Made by a program: the position numbers and the translations under genes. From positions 28,813-92,812 of the forward strand of contig JAKFCC010000121.1 of assembly GCA_036676795.1 (NCBI GenBank): DNA of 64,000 bases. The letters are read 5' to 3'. The notes below the pieces were generated by a model. The model saw only the letters and a program-made list of their open reading frames with translations, had not been told where the DNA came from and ran no database searches. Numbering within the stretch: the stretch's first letter is position 1; every line of letters starts with the position of its first letter. This DNA comes from Gemmatimonadota bacterium. GTDB lineage: Bacteria; Gemmatimonadota; Gemmatimonadetes; Gemmatimonadales; Gemmatimonadaceae. Below, piece after piece: positions 44,333-54,467 of the stretch.

Positions 44333-45976
44333 CTAAAACCGGTACGAAGTTCCGACCTGTACGTTCAGGTTGAACACATCTGAACTGAAGTTGCGGTTGA
44401 AGTTCATCGTCGCTCCAACCTTTGCAGTAACGTCGAAAGGTTTTCCAAAACGAACAGTCTCAAGGGAAAGGGTCTGACGCACATCGGGCGCCTCGTCCAT
44501 GGGAACGTCAGTCAGGTAGAATCTCCCGCGGTCTCGGCCCAGCGACCGCTCCCACATGATCGTGTTGCGTCCTGATGCAGCGTACTTGTCGAATGCCAGC
44601 ATCGCTCCTGCGCCGCTGCCAACACCTACATCGGCACCGAGCGGTTGTCCTTTCACCGTATGACCCTGTCGCAGCACATAATGCACATAAACGGCTCCTT
44701 CAGGACGCAGCCGCGTAAGCTGCGGTGCCTGGTAGTTGATCACCTCGGTGCGCAGGGCAAGTCCGTTGGGCCACATTTTCCGCACTCCCACCATGCGCGA
44801 AGCGCCACCGTGATCAGGCTCCAGAATGAAATCGCGAATGTCCCAGCTGTGATCTTCCCGTCCGAATTCTCCGTAAGCCTCGAAGCCGGTACCCGGGACT
44901 ACCCAGCGCACAAAGAGTGAAAAGAGCTGGTTGTCGCGCACGCCCTTGGTGTTTTCACTTCCAGGCAGGGAAACTTCGGTCGGAAGTCCACGCTTGAAGA
45001 TGTTCTGGAAGAGCGAGGTGAAATCGCCGGTGCGTGGCCCGCCCTCAGGCCAGGCGCGGTGGAAAAATCGGCCAGCGCCAAGCTCGAGTCCGGTTACGCC
45101 GCGCGGCTGGAAGGTCGCGACGATACCGGCAGTGAACCGCCTGCGGCCTGACTCTATACCGTCCACGAAATACTGAGGACCACCTACGGGGGAAAATGCC
45201 GACTGTTCAAGCATTCCCCACACAGCCCGGCCCTGCACGGCGCCAATTCCGATATTCAACGGACTCTCGGTGCCAAGAAACACATGCGGATATCCCGAGG
45301 CATTGTTCCCGAGGATGAATGGATATCGGGTAGCTGGCCCCCACGCCTGATTTGCAGTGGACACGCCGATTGTCGCCCCGAATCCGTCGAGGCGAATAGT
45401 GCTCTGACCGGGTGACACAAGTTGGTATGCGCCCGCCCCGAACCGCTGCGGCCTGTCGATTACCTCCGGGAACTGCCCGTCAGCGAATTGAAGCTTTCCT
45501 GTCTTTCCGTTCTCCATCAGCGTAAACGCACTGTTCTCGGCACGAAAAAACAGAGGTGCGATTGTCGCAGAGAGTGGACCCCATTTTCCTGCTATTCCCG
45601 CCTGGAAAACCGTTGTCAGTCCTTTGCCAGCCCACACCGCGCCGTCGTTGCTTCCGAACGGAAAAGCGGAGTTGAAAATTGCCGCAGCAGAGATCGGCAG
45701 GATTCGCACGCCGTTCGTCCTTGGCCGAAAAAATTCCTGGCGCTGCTGCCACGGGTGCACGGCAGGTGCGGCGACAACAGTGGATTCCTGCTTCACGCTA
45801 AATCCGCGAATCGACCATGGTACCGGCTGCAGCGACGAAATTGTCTGTGCGAACCGGAGATACTCCTCGAGTTCGGAATTGACGCTCAGGTGAACTGTCT
45901 GCGCTGATACCGGGCGGGAAGTCCAGCCGAGCAGCATGAGAACAAGAGCAAGAATTCGGTGCTTCATTGAACCCAT
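44333..45976 (-). CDS. Wzi-like capsule-assembly outer-membrane beta-barrel protein, paralogue 1
   Basis: Signal peptide MGSMKHRILALVLMLLGWTSRPVSAQ. Motif NSAFPFGSNDGAVWAGKG. Alternating beta-strand-like C-terminal half ending ...VGTSYRF (OMP-type terminal Phe). Confidence 0.55.
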   Translation of the reverse strand: MGSMKHRILALVLMLLGWTSRPVSAQTVHLSVNSELEEYLRFAQTISSLQPVPWSIRGFSVKQESTVVAAPAVHPWQQRQEFFRPRTNGVRILPISAAAIFNSAFPFGSNDGAVWAGKGLTTVFQAGIAGKWGPLSATIAPLFFRAENSAFTLMENGKTGKLQFADGQFPEVIDRPQRFGAGAYQLVSPGQSTIRLDGFGATIGVSTANQAWGPATRYPFILGNNASGYPHVFLGTESPLNIGIGAVQGRAVWGMLEQSAFSPVGGPQYFVDGIESGRRRFTAGIVATFQPRGVTGLELGAGRFFHRAWPEGGPRTGDFTSLFQNIFKRGLPTEVSLPGSENTKGVRDNQLFSLFVRWVVPGTGFEAYGEFGREDHSWDIRDFILEPDHGGASRMVGVRKMWPNGLALRTEVINYQAPQLTRLRPEGAVYVHYVLRQGHTVKGQPLGADVGVGSGAGAMLAFDKYAASGRNTIMWERSLGRDRGRFYLTDVPMDEAPDVRQTLSLETVRFGKPFDVTAKVGATMNFNRNFSSDVFNLNVQVGTSYRF

Positions 45977-46089
45977 GTGGCGGGTGGTCTGATGTGGATT
46001 TATCTGGTCGCGCTCCAGAACGCGCCCTAGATTGAAAGCTGCGGAACCGGCTTTTTCGATCCGTATTGCGTCAACTACCAAAAGGTATA
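45977..46089. promoter_or_regulatory. Divergent promoter region between Wzi-like paralogues 1 and 2
   Basis: 113-bp gap between divergently oriented start codons. No specific motif identified. Confidence 0.4.
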
Positions 46090-47733
46090 ATGCGCCAAGC
46101 GCTGCTGCATAGCTCGAATCTCTACACTGCGCTCATCGCGCTGGTGCTTGCCGCACCGGCTGGAGCCCAGTCGTCCATTGCACAGGACCTGCGGTCCCTG
46201 GTGACAGTCAGCGGGGATTCGGCCGACCGGCTGCGTCTTTCGACGCTCGAATCGACCGGACGCGAGCCCTGGAGGCTGCTGCGGAGCACTTCGAACCTCA
46301 CTGGCCGGGCCCTGTCCTCGGGGCGGTCGTTCGAGGTCAGCGTGATCGCGCCCTCGCTTTGGGTTGCAATCAATTCCGCACTGCCGGCGGGCGAGAACAA
46401 TGGCGGCTTGTGGGCGGGACGCGGTCCGAACGCGCGAACCGTCGGCGGCGTAGACGCGAAGATAGGCGCACTCCGGCTTACGCTGCTTCCGGAATTGCTT
46501 TATTCCTCGAATGAATCGTTCGAGTATGGGCAGCTCTATCTCCCGCCGCTTCCTGCGTCGCGTAATCCGTATTCGTCGCCGTGGAATGTCTATCCTTACT
46601 CGGTCGATGCGCCCGTACGGATGGGGCCTGCGAAAACCATTCGAGTCTCCCCAGGGCAGTCTTCTCTGTCACTGCACTCTCACGGATTCGAGGCAGGAGT
46701 CACTACGGAGAATGAGTGGTGGGGCCCGGGAATTCGATCCGCAATCGTTCTGAGTGACAACGCCGAAGGGTTTCCGCGGGCATTTGTGCGCACGTCAGTC
46801 CCGCGCCGGACTCAATACGGCACCTTCGATTTTCGCCTGACCTGGGGTGGGCTTACCGAGTCTGAATATTTCGACTCGAACAAGTCCAACGATCTGAGGT
46901 ATTGGAGCGGTTTTGCTGCCACATGGGCGACCGCATTCGAGCCGAACCTCACGATCGGAGTTGCCCGCGCCGTTTATGCGACTGCCTCAGGGTGGGGCGG
47001 CGTCGCGCTGCGTCCGCTGCACGTGTTCCTGCCTGCCGGCCGTGCGAACTCAAGACCTGTTTCCGACAGTGCATTTGTGCCCGAGCGCGACCAGATCATG
47101 TCGCTCTTTGCCCGCTGGGCATTTCCCGGGCATGGATTCGAAGCATATGGTGAATTCGCCCGGCTCGAGCTGCCCGAGTCGTTGCGGGATTTCCTTGTCG
47201 AACCCGGGCACTCACAGGGCTACACATTCGGCGCGCAATGGCTGGGAAAACCCACCGCGGTGGGAAAGTGGCGCATTCAGGCCGAGCACTCATACCTGGA
47301 ACAGGGCCCGTCCTTTCGCAATCGCGGACTCGGGTCGTTTTACACCAGCAGATCCGTGCTCCAGGGATACACAAACCGCGGGCAGGTTCTAGGCGCTGGC
47401 ATGGGGCAGGGGTCGTCGGGTGATTGGCTGGCCATCGATGCGCTGGGCGCAAAATTCTCCGTCGGAGCGTTCGTTTCGCGAACCCGCTTCAACAACGACG
47501 CCTATTTCCGTCTCCCATTTGCCTACAATGCCGGACACTGCCAGCATGATGTTACCGTGGCGCCGGGAATTCGCGCGGGCGCCAGCACACGGTGGGCAAG
47601 ACTATCTGCCCAGTACACTTCCGCGCAGCGCCTCAACGCATTTTTCCAGAACCAGGCCGCCTGTCAGTTCCTCGAGCCCAAAGTCGACGTGAGGAATCAC
47701 ACCCTGCAGATAGCCGCTACGTTCGGGCGGTAG
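46090..47733 (+). CDS. Wzi-like capsule-assembly outer-membrane protein, paralogue 2
   Basis: Signal peptide MRQALLHSSNLYTALIALVLAAPAGAQS. Shared motifs NSALPAGENNGGLWAGRG, WWGPG, FEAYGEFAR and EPGHSQGY match paralogues 1 and 3. Confidence 0.55.
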   Translation: MRQALLHSSNLYTALIALVLAAPAGAQSSIAQDLRSLVTVSGDSADRLRLSTLESTGREPWRLLRSTSNLTGRALSSGRSFEVSVIAPSLWVAINSALPAGENNGGLWAGRGPNARTVGGVDAKIGALRLTLLPELLYSSNESFEYGQLYLPPLPASRNPYSSPWNVYPYSVDAPVRMGPAKTIRVSPGQSSLSLHSHGFEAGVTTENEWWGPGIRSAIVLSDNAEGFPRAFVRTSVPRRTQYGTFDFRLTWGGLTESEYFDSNKSNDLRYWSGFAATWATAFEPNLTIGVARAVYATASGWGGVALRPLHVFLPAGRANSRPVSDSAFVPERDQIMSLFARWAFPGHGFEAYGEFARLELPESLRDFLVEPGHSQGYTFGAQWLGKPTAVGKWRIQAEHSYLEQGPSFRNRGLGSFYTSRSVLQGYTNRGQVLGAGMGQGSSGDWLAIDALGAKFSVGAFVSRTRFNNDAYFRLPFAYNAGHCQHDVTVAPGIRAGASTRWARLSAQYTSAQRLNAFFQNQAACQFLEPKVDVRNHTLQIAATFGR

Positions 47734-48907
47734 CTGCCTCATACTGGCTGGACGGTTTTCCAGCACCCTTGTTCCATTCACGCCGAATGACGTCGATCAC
47801 GCGATCCAGATCTGCGTGAGTGAGATTTGATCCGGAGGGAATGCAAAGCCCCCGGCTGAACAGGTCGAGCGAGACCGCTCCTCCGTACGAGTCGCAGTCC
47901 TGGAATACCGGCTGTACATGCATTGGCTTCCAGAGCGGCCGTGCCTCGATGTTCTCGGCGTCGAGCGCAATCCGCAGCTTTTCCGGACTTGTTCCAGCTT
48001 CATCCGGCTTCATGGTGAGGCAAATCAGCCAGCGTGTATGACGCCCATAGGGTGCCTCAGGCATGAACTCGAGTGAGGGAAGGTCGGACAGGGCGTTGCG
48101 GTAATACTCAAAATTGCCGCGTCTGGCCTGAACTCTGTCTTCCAGAACCCGCAGCTGTCCCCGCCCGATTCCAGCCAGCACATTGCTCATCCGGTAGTTG
48201 TACCCGATTTCCTTGTGCTCGTAATGGGGCGCCGGCTCGCGAGCCTGCGTTGAGAGCTTTCTCGCATGTGCGACAATGGAAGCGTCCTCTGAAACCAGTG
48301 CGCCACCACCTGCGGTGGTGATGATCTTGTTACCGTTGAACGAGTAGGTCCCGATCTTTCCGAACGTTCCCGGAGCGCGTCCCTTGTAGCTCGAACCAAG
48401 CGCTTCCGCGGCGTCCTCCACCAGTGTCACGCCAAACCGGTCACAGTGTGCCGCGATCCTGTCGACATCAGCGCTCTGTCCATACAGGTGGACGAGCAGG
48501 ACTGCGGCAGGCAGCCGCCCTTTCTTTGCGCGGTCCTCCAGTGCTTCGCCAAGGATATCCGGATCCATGTTCCAGGAGACGCGCTCGCTGTCGATGAAAA
48601 CCGGATTGGCTCCGAGATACCGGATCGGATTCACACTCGCCGAGAAAGTAAAGCTGGAGACTATGACGTCGTCTCCTGCCTGAACTCCTGCGAGAATGAG
48701 CGCCAGATGAATCGCCGCTGTTCCGGAACTCAGTGCGGCACAATTGCTGGAACCCACAATCTCGCCGAGCTCGCGCTCGAAGGCGTCAACATGCGGGCCG
48801 AGCGGCGCAACCCAGTTTGTTGCAAATGCCTCGTGAACGAACTTCTCCTCGAGCGCCCCAATGTGAGGCGAGCTGAGGTAGATCTTTGGCTTCTGGCTGT
48901 CTGTCAT
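47717..48907 (-). CDS. DegT-family aminotransferase, PglE/WbpE-like (UDP-4-keto-6-deoxy-HexNAc aminotransferase type)
   Basis: KIYLSSPHIGALEEKFVHEAFATNWVAPLGPHVDAFE. YSFNGNKIITTAGGGAL (PLP lysine). YNYRMSNVLAGIGRGQL. Confidence 0.8.
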   Translation of the reverse strand: MTDSQKPKIYLSSPHIGALEEKFVHEAFATNWVAPLGPHVDAFERELGEIVGSSNCAALSSGTAAIHLALILAGVQAGDDVIVSSFTFSASVNPIRYLGANPVFIDSERVSWNMDPDILGEALEDRAKKGRLPAAVLLVHLYGQSADVDRIAAHCDRFGVTLVEDAAEALGSSYKGRAPGTFGKIGTYSFNGNKIITTAGGGALVSEDASIVAHARKLSTQAREPAPHYEHKEIGYNYRMSNVLAGIGRGQLRVLEDRVQARRGNFEYYRNALSDLPSLEFMPEAPYGRHTRWLICLTMKPDEAGTSPEKLRIALDAENIEARPLWKPMHVQPVFQDCDSYGGAVSLDLFSRGLCIPSGSNLTHADLDRVIDVIRREWNKGAGKPSSQYEAATART

Positions 48908-49557
48908 GGTTTGCGTGAGATCGGTCGGGCCGGATTTCCGGCGACTATTGAACTTTCCTCGACGTCGCGAATGACCACCGAACCAGCACCAACGATCGCT
49001 TCGTCGCCTACGGATACACCGGGAATGATAACAGACCCGGCGCCAACGAGAACTCGTCTGCCCAGCGTCACATTGCCTGCCAGCACCGCACCGGGCGCAA
49101 CGTGCGCATCCTCCTGCACGTCGCAGTCGTGTTCAACAATGGCGCCCGTGTTGATTACAGCTCCGGCTCCAATGCGGGCATCCGAGTTCACGATAGCTCC
49201 GGCCAGGACTACGCTGCCCGGCTCCAGGGTAGCGTGCGGAGATACAACAGCCGAAGGATGGACCACGGTGACGAAGACGTGCAGCGGGATGAGCGAGCGG
49301 CATCGGGCCCGCTGTGTATTGTCCCCGACCCCGAGCGCGATCCCGGAGATGCCTTCGGGTAATCTGGTCGCCGCAGAAATCAGGAAGTCGGATTCAGTGA
49401 GCTTCACGCCTGCCTGCGCGCTATCCACCACGGTTCCAAGCTTGGATGGATCAGAGTCGATGAAGCCCGCCACATCCATCCCGGATGCGCGCATGGCCTC
49501 AGCCACGACTTTTCCGTGACCCCCGGCGCCCCAGACCAGGTAACTAGCGATTGCCAT
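48904..49557 (-). CDS. PglD/NeuD-family acetyltransferase (hexapeptide repeat)
   Basis: YLVWGAGGHGKVVAEAMRASGMDVAGFIDSD followed by LbH repeats. ATG 49557 is chosen because the track start (49632) lies inside the upstream gene. Confidence 0.8.
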   Translation of the reverse strand: MAIASYLVWGAGGHGKVVAEAMRASGMDVAGFIDSDPSKLGTVVDSAQAGVKLTESDFLISAATRLPEGISGIALGVGDNTQRARCRSLIPLHVFVTVVHPSAVVSPHATLEPGSVVLAGAIVNSDARIGAGAVINTGAIVEHDCDVQEDAHVAPGAVLAGNVTLGRRVLVGAGSVIIPGVSVGDEAIVGAGSVVIRDVEESSIVAGNPARPISRKP

Positions 49558-50134
49558 TGAACGGGCGCGCGGTCGCCTGGCCAGGCTCTGAAACTCCCTC
49601 GCCAGCAATGACTTTTCGGACGCTCGCGACAAGAATTTTCATGTCGACCTTCAAGGACTGGTTTTCCACGTACCAGAGATCGCAGGCAAATTTCTCGTCC
49701 CAGCTTGCGGCATTACGTCCATTGATCTGAGCCCATCCAGTGATCCCCGGTCGAACCGTGTGGCGGCGGCTCTGTTCAGGTGAATAAAGTGGAAGGTACT
49801 CCATCAGCAGCGGTCGCGGGCCCACGAGGCTCATCTCGCCCCTGAGGACGTTGACAAGCTCGGGGAGTTCGTCGAGGCTCGTCCTCCTGAGAAAGAGACC
49901 GAGCGGGGTGAGGCGCTCCTCGTCGGACTTGGGTGTTCCGTCCGGATTGGTGTCGCCTGTCATTGTCCTGAACTTGAACATCGTGAATGGCTTTCCAAAC
50001 AATCCGGGGCGCTGCTGCCGGAAAATCACGGGAGAGCCAAGCCGCAAGCGAATGACAGAGGCTGTGACAAGGAGCACTGGAGAAAGAATCAGCAGCAATA
50101 TCGCAGACAAGATGAGATCGAATGCTCTCTTCAT
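49544..50134 (-). CDS. Small monotopic phosphoglycosyl transferase (PglC/WbaP C-terminal domain type), undecaprenyl-phosphate sugar-1-phosphate transferase
   Basis: MKRAFDLILSAILLLILSPVLLV...PVIFRQQRPG...FKFRTM...DELPELVNVLRGEMSLVGPRP. Confidence 0.9.
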   Translation of the reverse strand: MKRAFDLILSAILLLILSPVLLVTASVIRLRLGSPVIFRQQRPGLFGKPFTMFKFRTMTGDTNPDGTPKSDEERLTPLGLFLRRTSLDELPELVNVLRGEMSLVGPRPLLMEYLPLYSPEQSRRHTVRPGITGWAQINGRNAASWDEKFACDLWYVENQSLKVDMKILVASVRKVIAGEGVSEPGQATARPFNGNR

Positions 50135-51291
50135 TCCGCGTTTACCGGCTGTCGATAATACGAGAGCAGTTCCCGCCAGATCAGCCTAGGCTCATAGTCA
50201 CGCAGGACGCGGGCACGTCCGGCAGCACCGTGTTCACGCCGCAGGTCGGGACGTTCGAGATACACTTCGATTGCCCCTTCCAGCGCACCAGCGTCGCGCT
50301 GTTCGATCAGGGTTCCCGTAACGCCGTCCACAATCGCATCGACACACCCTGTTACTCGTGTGCCTATGACTGGCAGCGTCATCGCGGCCGCTTCCAGCGG
50401 AACGTTCGGGAATCCCTCCCGGTAGGTTGGAAGTACGACCATGTCCATGATGGAATAGTAGGATGCAGTATCGCGGCTGGAGCCTACAAGGACAACGTGC
50501 GGATCGTCCTCGAGTCGCGCCCGCACATCGCCCGGGACAGGATCTCGTTCCTCCCATGGACCAACGAGAACCAGCCACATATCCGGATGCCGCGGGGAAA
50601 GCGATTTCCAGGCACCCTCCAGCTCGACGATTCCCTTGTCGCGCACAAGCCGGCCAACAAATCCGACTACTCTGGCATCGTCCGGTATCCCCAGCGATTT
50701 CCGCAGCGCCCGCCGGGCCTCGGTGGTGTGCAGCTCCGGGTTGAACCTGGACAGGGCATCGACTCCGTTGCTGCTCCCCTTGCCAAGGACATGCAGCTTG
50801 CGGAGCGGGGCAATGGAATCTGCGACGAGCAGGTCACGCACAGACTCGCTCACGCACAGCACCCGGTGCGCAAACATGCACGCAATGCGCTCGGTGAGCA
50901 TTAGGATAAAGCGCTGCAATCCTGAAGCTGCCGGATAGGGAAGTCCCCGGACGTGATAAACCACGAGCGGCGTGCGCGCCAGCCGCCCGGAAATCGCGCC
51001 CAGAAGTCCCCCCTTCGGTGTAGACGCATGCACCACAGCCGGACGAATCCTTCGCATCCGGCGGATCATCCGGGCGATGGTCACCAGGTCACGCAGAGGC
51101 GTAATTCTCCTCTGCATCGGGACCGGCACTGCGGTGACATCTTCTTCGGCCGCAAAAAGATCGAGATCGCTTCCCGGCGACGACATTACATGAACGTCGA
51201 ACCCGTTCTCTCGCATGAAACGCAGCTGGCCGCGAAGAAAGCCAAGCGTCATCGGAACGGTTGTAATGTGGAGGAGTACAGGGCGCGGCAT
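50131..51291 (-). CDS. Glycosyltransferase family 4
   Basis: VLLHITTVPMTLGFLRGQLRFM. E-x7-E region VLPTYREGFPNVPLEAAAMTLPVIGTRVTGCVDAI. ATG 51291 is chosen over the track start 51387. Confidence 0.8.
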   Translation of the reverse strand: MPRPVLLHITTVPMTLGFLRGQLRFMRENGFDVHVMSSPGSDLDLFAAEEDVTAVPVPMQRRITPLRDLVTIARMIRRMRRIRPAVVHASTPKGGLLGAISGRLARTPLVVYHVRGLPYPAASGLQRFILMLTERIACMFAHRVLCVSESVRDLLVADSIAPLRKLHVLGKGSSNGVDALSRFNPELHTTEARRALRKSLGIPDDARVVGFVGRLVRDKGIVELEGAWKSLSPRHPDMWLVLVGPWEERDPVPGDVRARLEDDPHVVLVGSSRDTASYYSIMDMVVLPTYREGFPNVPLEAAAMTLPVIGTRVTGCVDAIVDGVTGTLIEQRDAGALEGAIEVYLERPDLRREHGAAGRARVLRDYEPRLIWRELLSYYRQPVNAE

Positions 51292-51511
51292 CCCGCGCAC
51301 GCCTTCTACCTGCGGCAATAGGCTTCCGTATTCAAGTCCTGTGGGTTTCAGTGCGGCGTCGAACCCTACTCGACAGTGCGCCGGCATTGTAGATTCTGCT
51401 TGGTGCTGTCGCGGGGTCAGATCGAGCCCCCAACCGCTGGGATTCAGCCCAATCTACGCCAGTCAGGCAATCTTTGCATCCTTTTAGCCCGAGTTCAAGA
51501 GCCCCGCTCAA
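51292..51511. promoter_or_regulatory. Divergent promoter region (GT4/PglC-type operon versus epimerase-rml operon)
   Basis: 220-bp gap between divergent start codons, the largest non-coding stretch in the window. Confidence 0.45.
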
Positions 51512-52528
51512 GTGAAGAAAATTCTGGTAACCGGCGCTGCAGGTTTTATCGGCTCCCACCTGTCGCAGCGTCTTCTGGAGCGAGGGGACTCGGTAGTCGG
51601 TTTCGACAACATGAATCCGTACTATGACGTGAGGCTGAAGGAAGCCCGTCTGGCCCGGCTCAAGACACATGCGAATTTTTCTTTCGTTCTGGCCGACCTG
51701 GCCGACAGGCAGGCGGTCGCTGACGTATTCGAGGAACACCAGCCCGATATCGTGGTGAACCTCGCCGCACAGGCTGGCGTTCGGTATTCAATCGAGAATC
51801 CGGCTGCCTACGTCGATAGCAACATTGTCGGCTTCGGGCACATCCTGGAGGGCGCCAGGGCGCATCAGGTCGAGCATCTCGTATTTGCCTCTTCCAGTTC
51901 CGTTTACGGCGCGAATACAAAGATGCCCTTCTCGGTGCACGACAATGTGGACCATCCGCTCAGCCTGTATGCAGCGAGCAAGAAGGCCAACGAGCTCATG
52001 GCGCACTCCTACAGCCATCTGTATGGAATACCCACGACCGGTCTTCGTTTCTTCACAGTCTATGGGCCATGGGGAAGACCCGACATGGCGCTGTTCCTCT
52101 TTACTGCGGCGATACTCGCCGGCAAGCCGATCGATGTGTTCAACAACGGTCAGATGCAGCGCGACTTTACCTACATTGACGACATTATCGAGGGCGTGGT
52201 TCGGGTCACCGATGCTCCGCCGCGAGGGAATCCTGCCTGGGACGGTGCCGCCCCCGATCCAGGGACAAGCCTCGCGCCCTATCGTCTGTACAACATCGGG
52301 AATAATTCACCCGTCCAGCTGCTCGAAATGATTCGCACACTCGAAACGAAGCTCAAGCGAAAGGCGGAAATGCGCATGCTGCCAATGCAGCCCGGAGATG
52401 TTCCAGCTACCTGTGCCGATGTGAATGATCTGGAGCAGGACGTAGGGTTCAGGCCTGCAACCTCGATCGCGACCGGCATTGACCGGTTCGTGGACTGGTA
52501 TGCCGATTACTACAAGGTGGCGCTGTGA
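51512..52528 (+). CDS. UDP-glucuronate 4-epimerase (NAD-dependent SDR)
   Basis: [46 protein letters not shown]...YAASKKANE...[15 protein letters not shown]. Confidence 0.8.
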   Translation: MKKILVTGAAGFIGSHLSQRLLERGDSVVGFDNMNPYYDVRLKEARLARLKTHANFSFVLADLADRQAVADVFEEHQPDIVVNLAAQAGVRYSIENPAAYVDSNIVGFGHILEGARAHQVEHLVFASSSSVYGANTKMPFSVHDNVDHPLSLYAASKKANELMAHSYSHLYGIPTTGLRFFTVYGPWGRPDMALFLFTAAILAGKPIDVFNNGQMQRDFTYIDDIIEGVVRVTDAPPRGNPAWDGAAPDPGTSLAPYRLYNIGNNSPVQLLEMIRTLETKLKRKAEMRMLPMQPGDVPATCADVNDLEQDVGFRPATSIATGIDRFVDWYADYYKVAL

Positions 52529-53592
52529 GACCGACAGTCGTGGTCACAGGTGGCGCGGGATTCATCGGGTCAGCGCTCGTTCGCCGGCTCGTGAGTGAGG
52601 GCGAGTACGAAGTCGTCAATGTCGATGCGCTCACCTATGCAGGGAACCTGGAGTCCTTACCCGGCGTCGACGCGAGTCCGTCATACCACTTTGAGCGGGT
52701 CGACATCTGCGACACCGCACAGGTGCGCAGAATTTTCGAGACTTATGAGCCGGACGCTGTCCTGCACCTGGCCGCCGAGTCGCACGTAGACCGGTCGATC
52801 GACGGGCCAGCCGATTTCATTCGTACGAATGTGTTCGGCACATTTACGCTGCTCGATGAGGCGAACAAGTATTTCCGGACTCTGAGCCCGGAAAAGGCGA
52901 GGGCCTTCCGCTTTGTTCACGTTTCAACTGACGAAGTGTTCGGTTCGCTTGGCGACTCCGGGCTCTTTACCGAGACCACGCCGTATCAGCCGAATTCTCC
53001 CTATTCCGCGAGCAAGGCCGGTTCAGACCATCTGGTTCGGGCATGGCACCACACGTTCCACTTGCCGACCGTTACGACCAATTGCTCAAACAACTACGGG
53101 CCGTTCCAGTTCCCCGAGAAGCTGATCCCGCTCACCATTCTGAACGCCATCGGCGGAAAGCCCCTGCCAGTTTACGGACGCGGGGAAAATATTCGCGATT
53201 GGCTCTACGTCGATGACCATGTGGATGGTTTGATCACGGCGCTCAAGCGGGGAACGCCGGGAGAGACCTACAATTTTGGCGGGAATAATGAGCGCAAGAA
53301 CATCGACGTTGTGAGAGCGATCTGCACCATCGTGGATGAACTCCTCCCCGACCCGCAGATCGGACCGCGGGAATCACTCATCAAGTTCGTGACTGACCGT
53401 CCCGGGCATGATCTGCGCTATGCAATCGATTCGTCGAAGGCCACCAGAGAGCTAGGCTGGAATGCGAGGGAGACTTTCGAGTCAGGTCTCAGAAAGACGA
53501 TCGAGTGGTATATCGCAAATCCGGAATGGTGCGATCATGTGCGGTCGGGCGCCTATCGCGGCGAGCGGCTCGGACTTGGAGCACAGGCATGA
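52525..53592 (+). CDS. rmlB: dTDP-glucose 4,6-dehydratase
   Basis: [18 protein letters not shown]...HVSTDEVFG...[15 protein letters not shown]...[16 protein letters not shown]. Confidence 0.95.
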   Translation: MRPTVVVTGGAGFIGSALVRRLVSEGEYEVVNVDALTYAGNLESLPGVDASPSYHFERVDICDTAQVRRIFETYEPDAVLHLAAESHVDRSIDGPADFIRTNVFGTFTLLDEANKYFRTLSPEKARAFRFVHVSTDEVFGSLGDSGLFTETTPYQPNSPYSASKAGSDHLVRAWHHTFHLPTVTTNCSNNYGPFQFPEKLIPLTILNAIGGKPLPVYGRGENIRDWLYVDDHVDGLITALKRGTPGETYNFGGNNERKNIDVVRAICTIVDELLPDPQIGPRESLIKFVTDRPGHDLRYAIDSSKATRELGWNARETFESGLRKTIEWYIANPEWCDHVRSGAYRGERLGLGAQA

Positions 53593-54467
53593 AGGGAATT
53601 GTCCTCGCGGGTGGTTCCGGCACGCGTCTGTACCCGATAACGAAGGTTGTGAGCAAGCAGCTGCTTCCGGTCTACGACAAGCCGCTGATTTACTATCCGC
53701 TCTCTACCCTGATGCTGGCCGGAATACGCGACATCCTCATCATCTCGACTCCGGCCGATCTTCCAAACTTCCGCTCGCTCCTTGGTGACGGCTCGGAATG
53801 GGGTCTCAATTTTTCCTACAAGGAGCAGCCTTCACCGGACGGGCTAGCCCAGGCTTTTACCCTTGGCAGCGAGTTCATCGGGAAAGATCGTGTCGCCCTC
53901 ATACTCGGCGACAACATCTTTTACGGCGCCGGGATCGGAGACCTACTGCTCAGGGCCGCTCGCCGTGAATCCGGCGCGACAATTTTCGGATATCATGTCA
54001 AGGATCCCGAGCGCTATGGTGTTGCTGACATAGACCGGGACGGCAGGGTCCTGGACATCGAGGAAAAACCGGCCAACCCGCGCTCGAACTACGCTGTCAC
54101 GGGACTCTACTTCTACGATAACGATGTGATCGAAATTGCCAGAAACCTCAAGCCGTCAGCGCGGGGTGAGTACGAGATTACCGATGTGAATCGCGAGTAT
54201 TTGCAGCGTGGAAAGCTGGCGATGGAGATCATGAACCGCGGGATGGCCTGGCTTGATACCGGCACTCATGATTCGCTCCAGGAAGCCTCGGCGTTCATCG
54301 AGACGATTGAGAAGCGCCAGGGGCTGAAAGTGGCCTGCCCGGAGGAGATTGCCTGGAGATTGAAATTCATAGGTGACGATCAGCTGCGGAAGCTGGCTGA
54401 GCCGATGCGCAAAAATGCGTATGGCGCATACCTGCTCGAGATCCTGAAGGACGGGGCAGAGCGATGA
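53589..54467 (+). CDS. rmlA: Glucose-1-phosphate thymidylyltransferase
   Basis: [50 protein letters not shown] overlap with rmlB. Confidence 0.95.
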   Translation: MKGIVLAGGSGTRLYPITKVVSKQLLPVYDKPLIYYPLSTLMLAGIRDILIISTPADLPNFRSLLGDGSEWGLNFSYKEQPSPDGLAQAFTLGSEFIGKDRVALILGDNIFYGAGIGDLLLRAARRESGATIFGYHVKDPERYGVADIDRDGRVLDIEEKPANPRSNYAVTGLYFYDNDVIEIARNLKPSARGEYEITDVNREYLQRGKLAMEIMNRGMAWLDTGTHDSLQEASAFIETIEKRQGLKVACPEEIAWRLKFIGDDQLRKLAEPMRKNAYGAYLLEILKDGAER

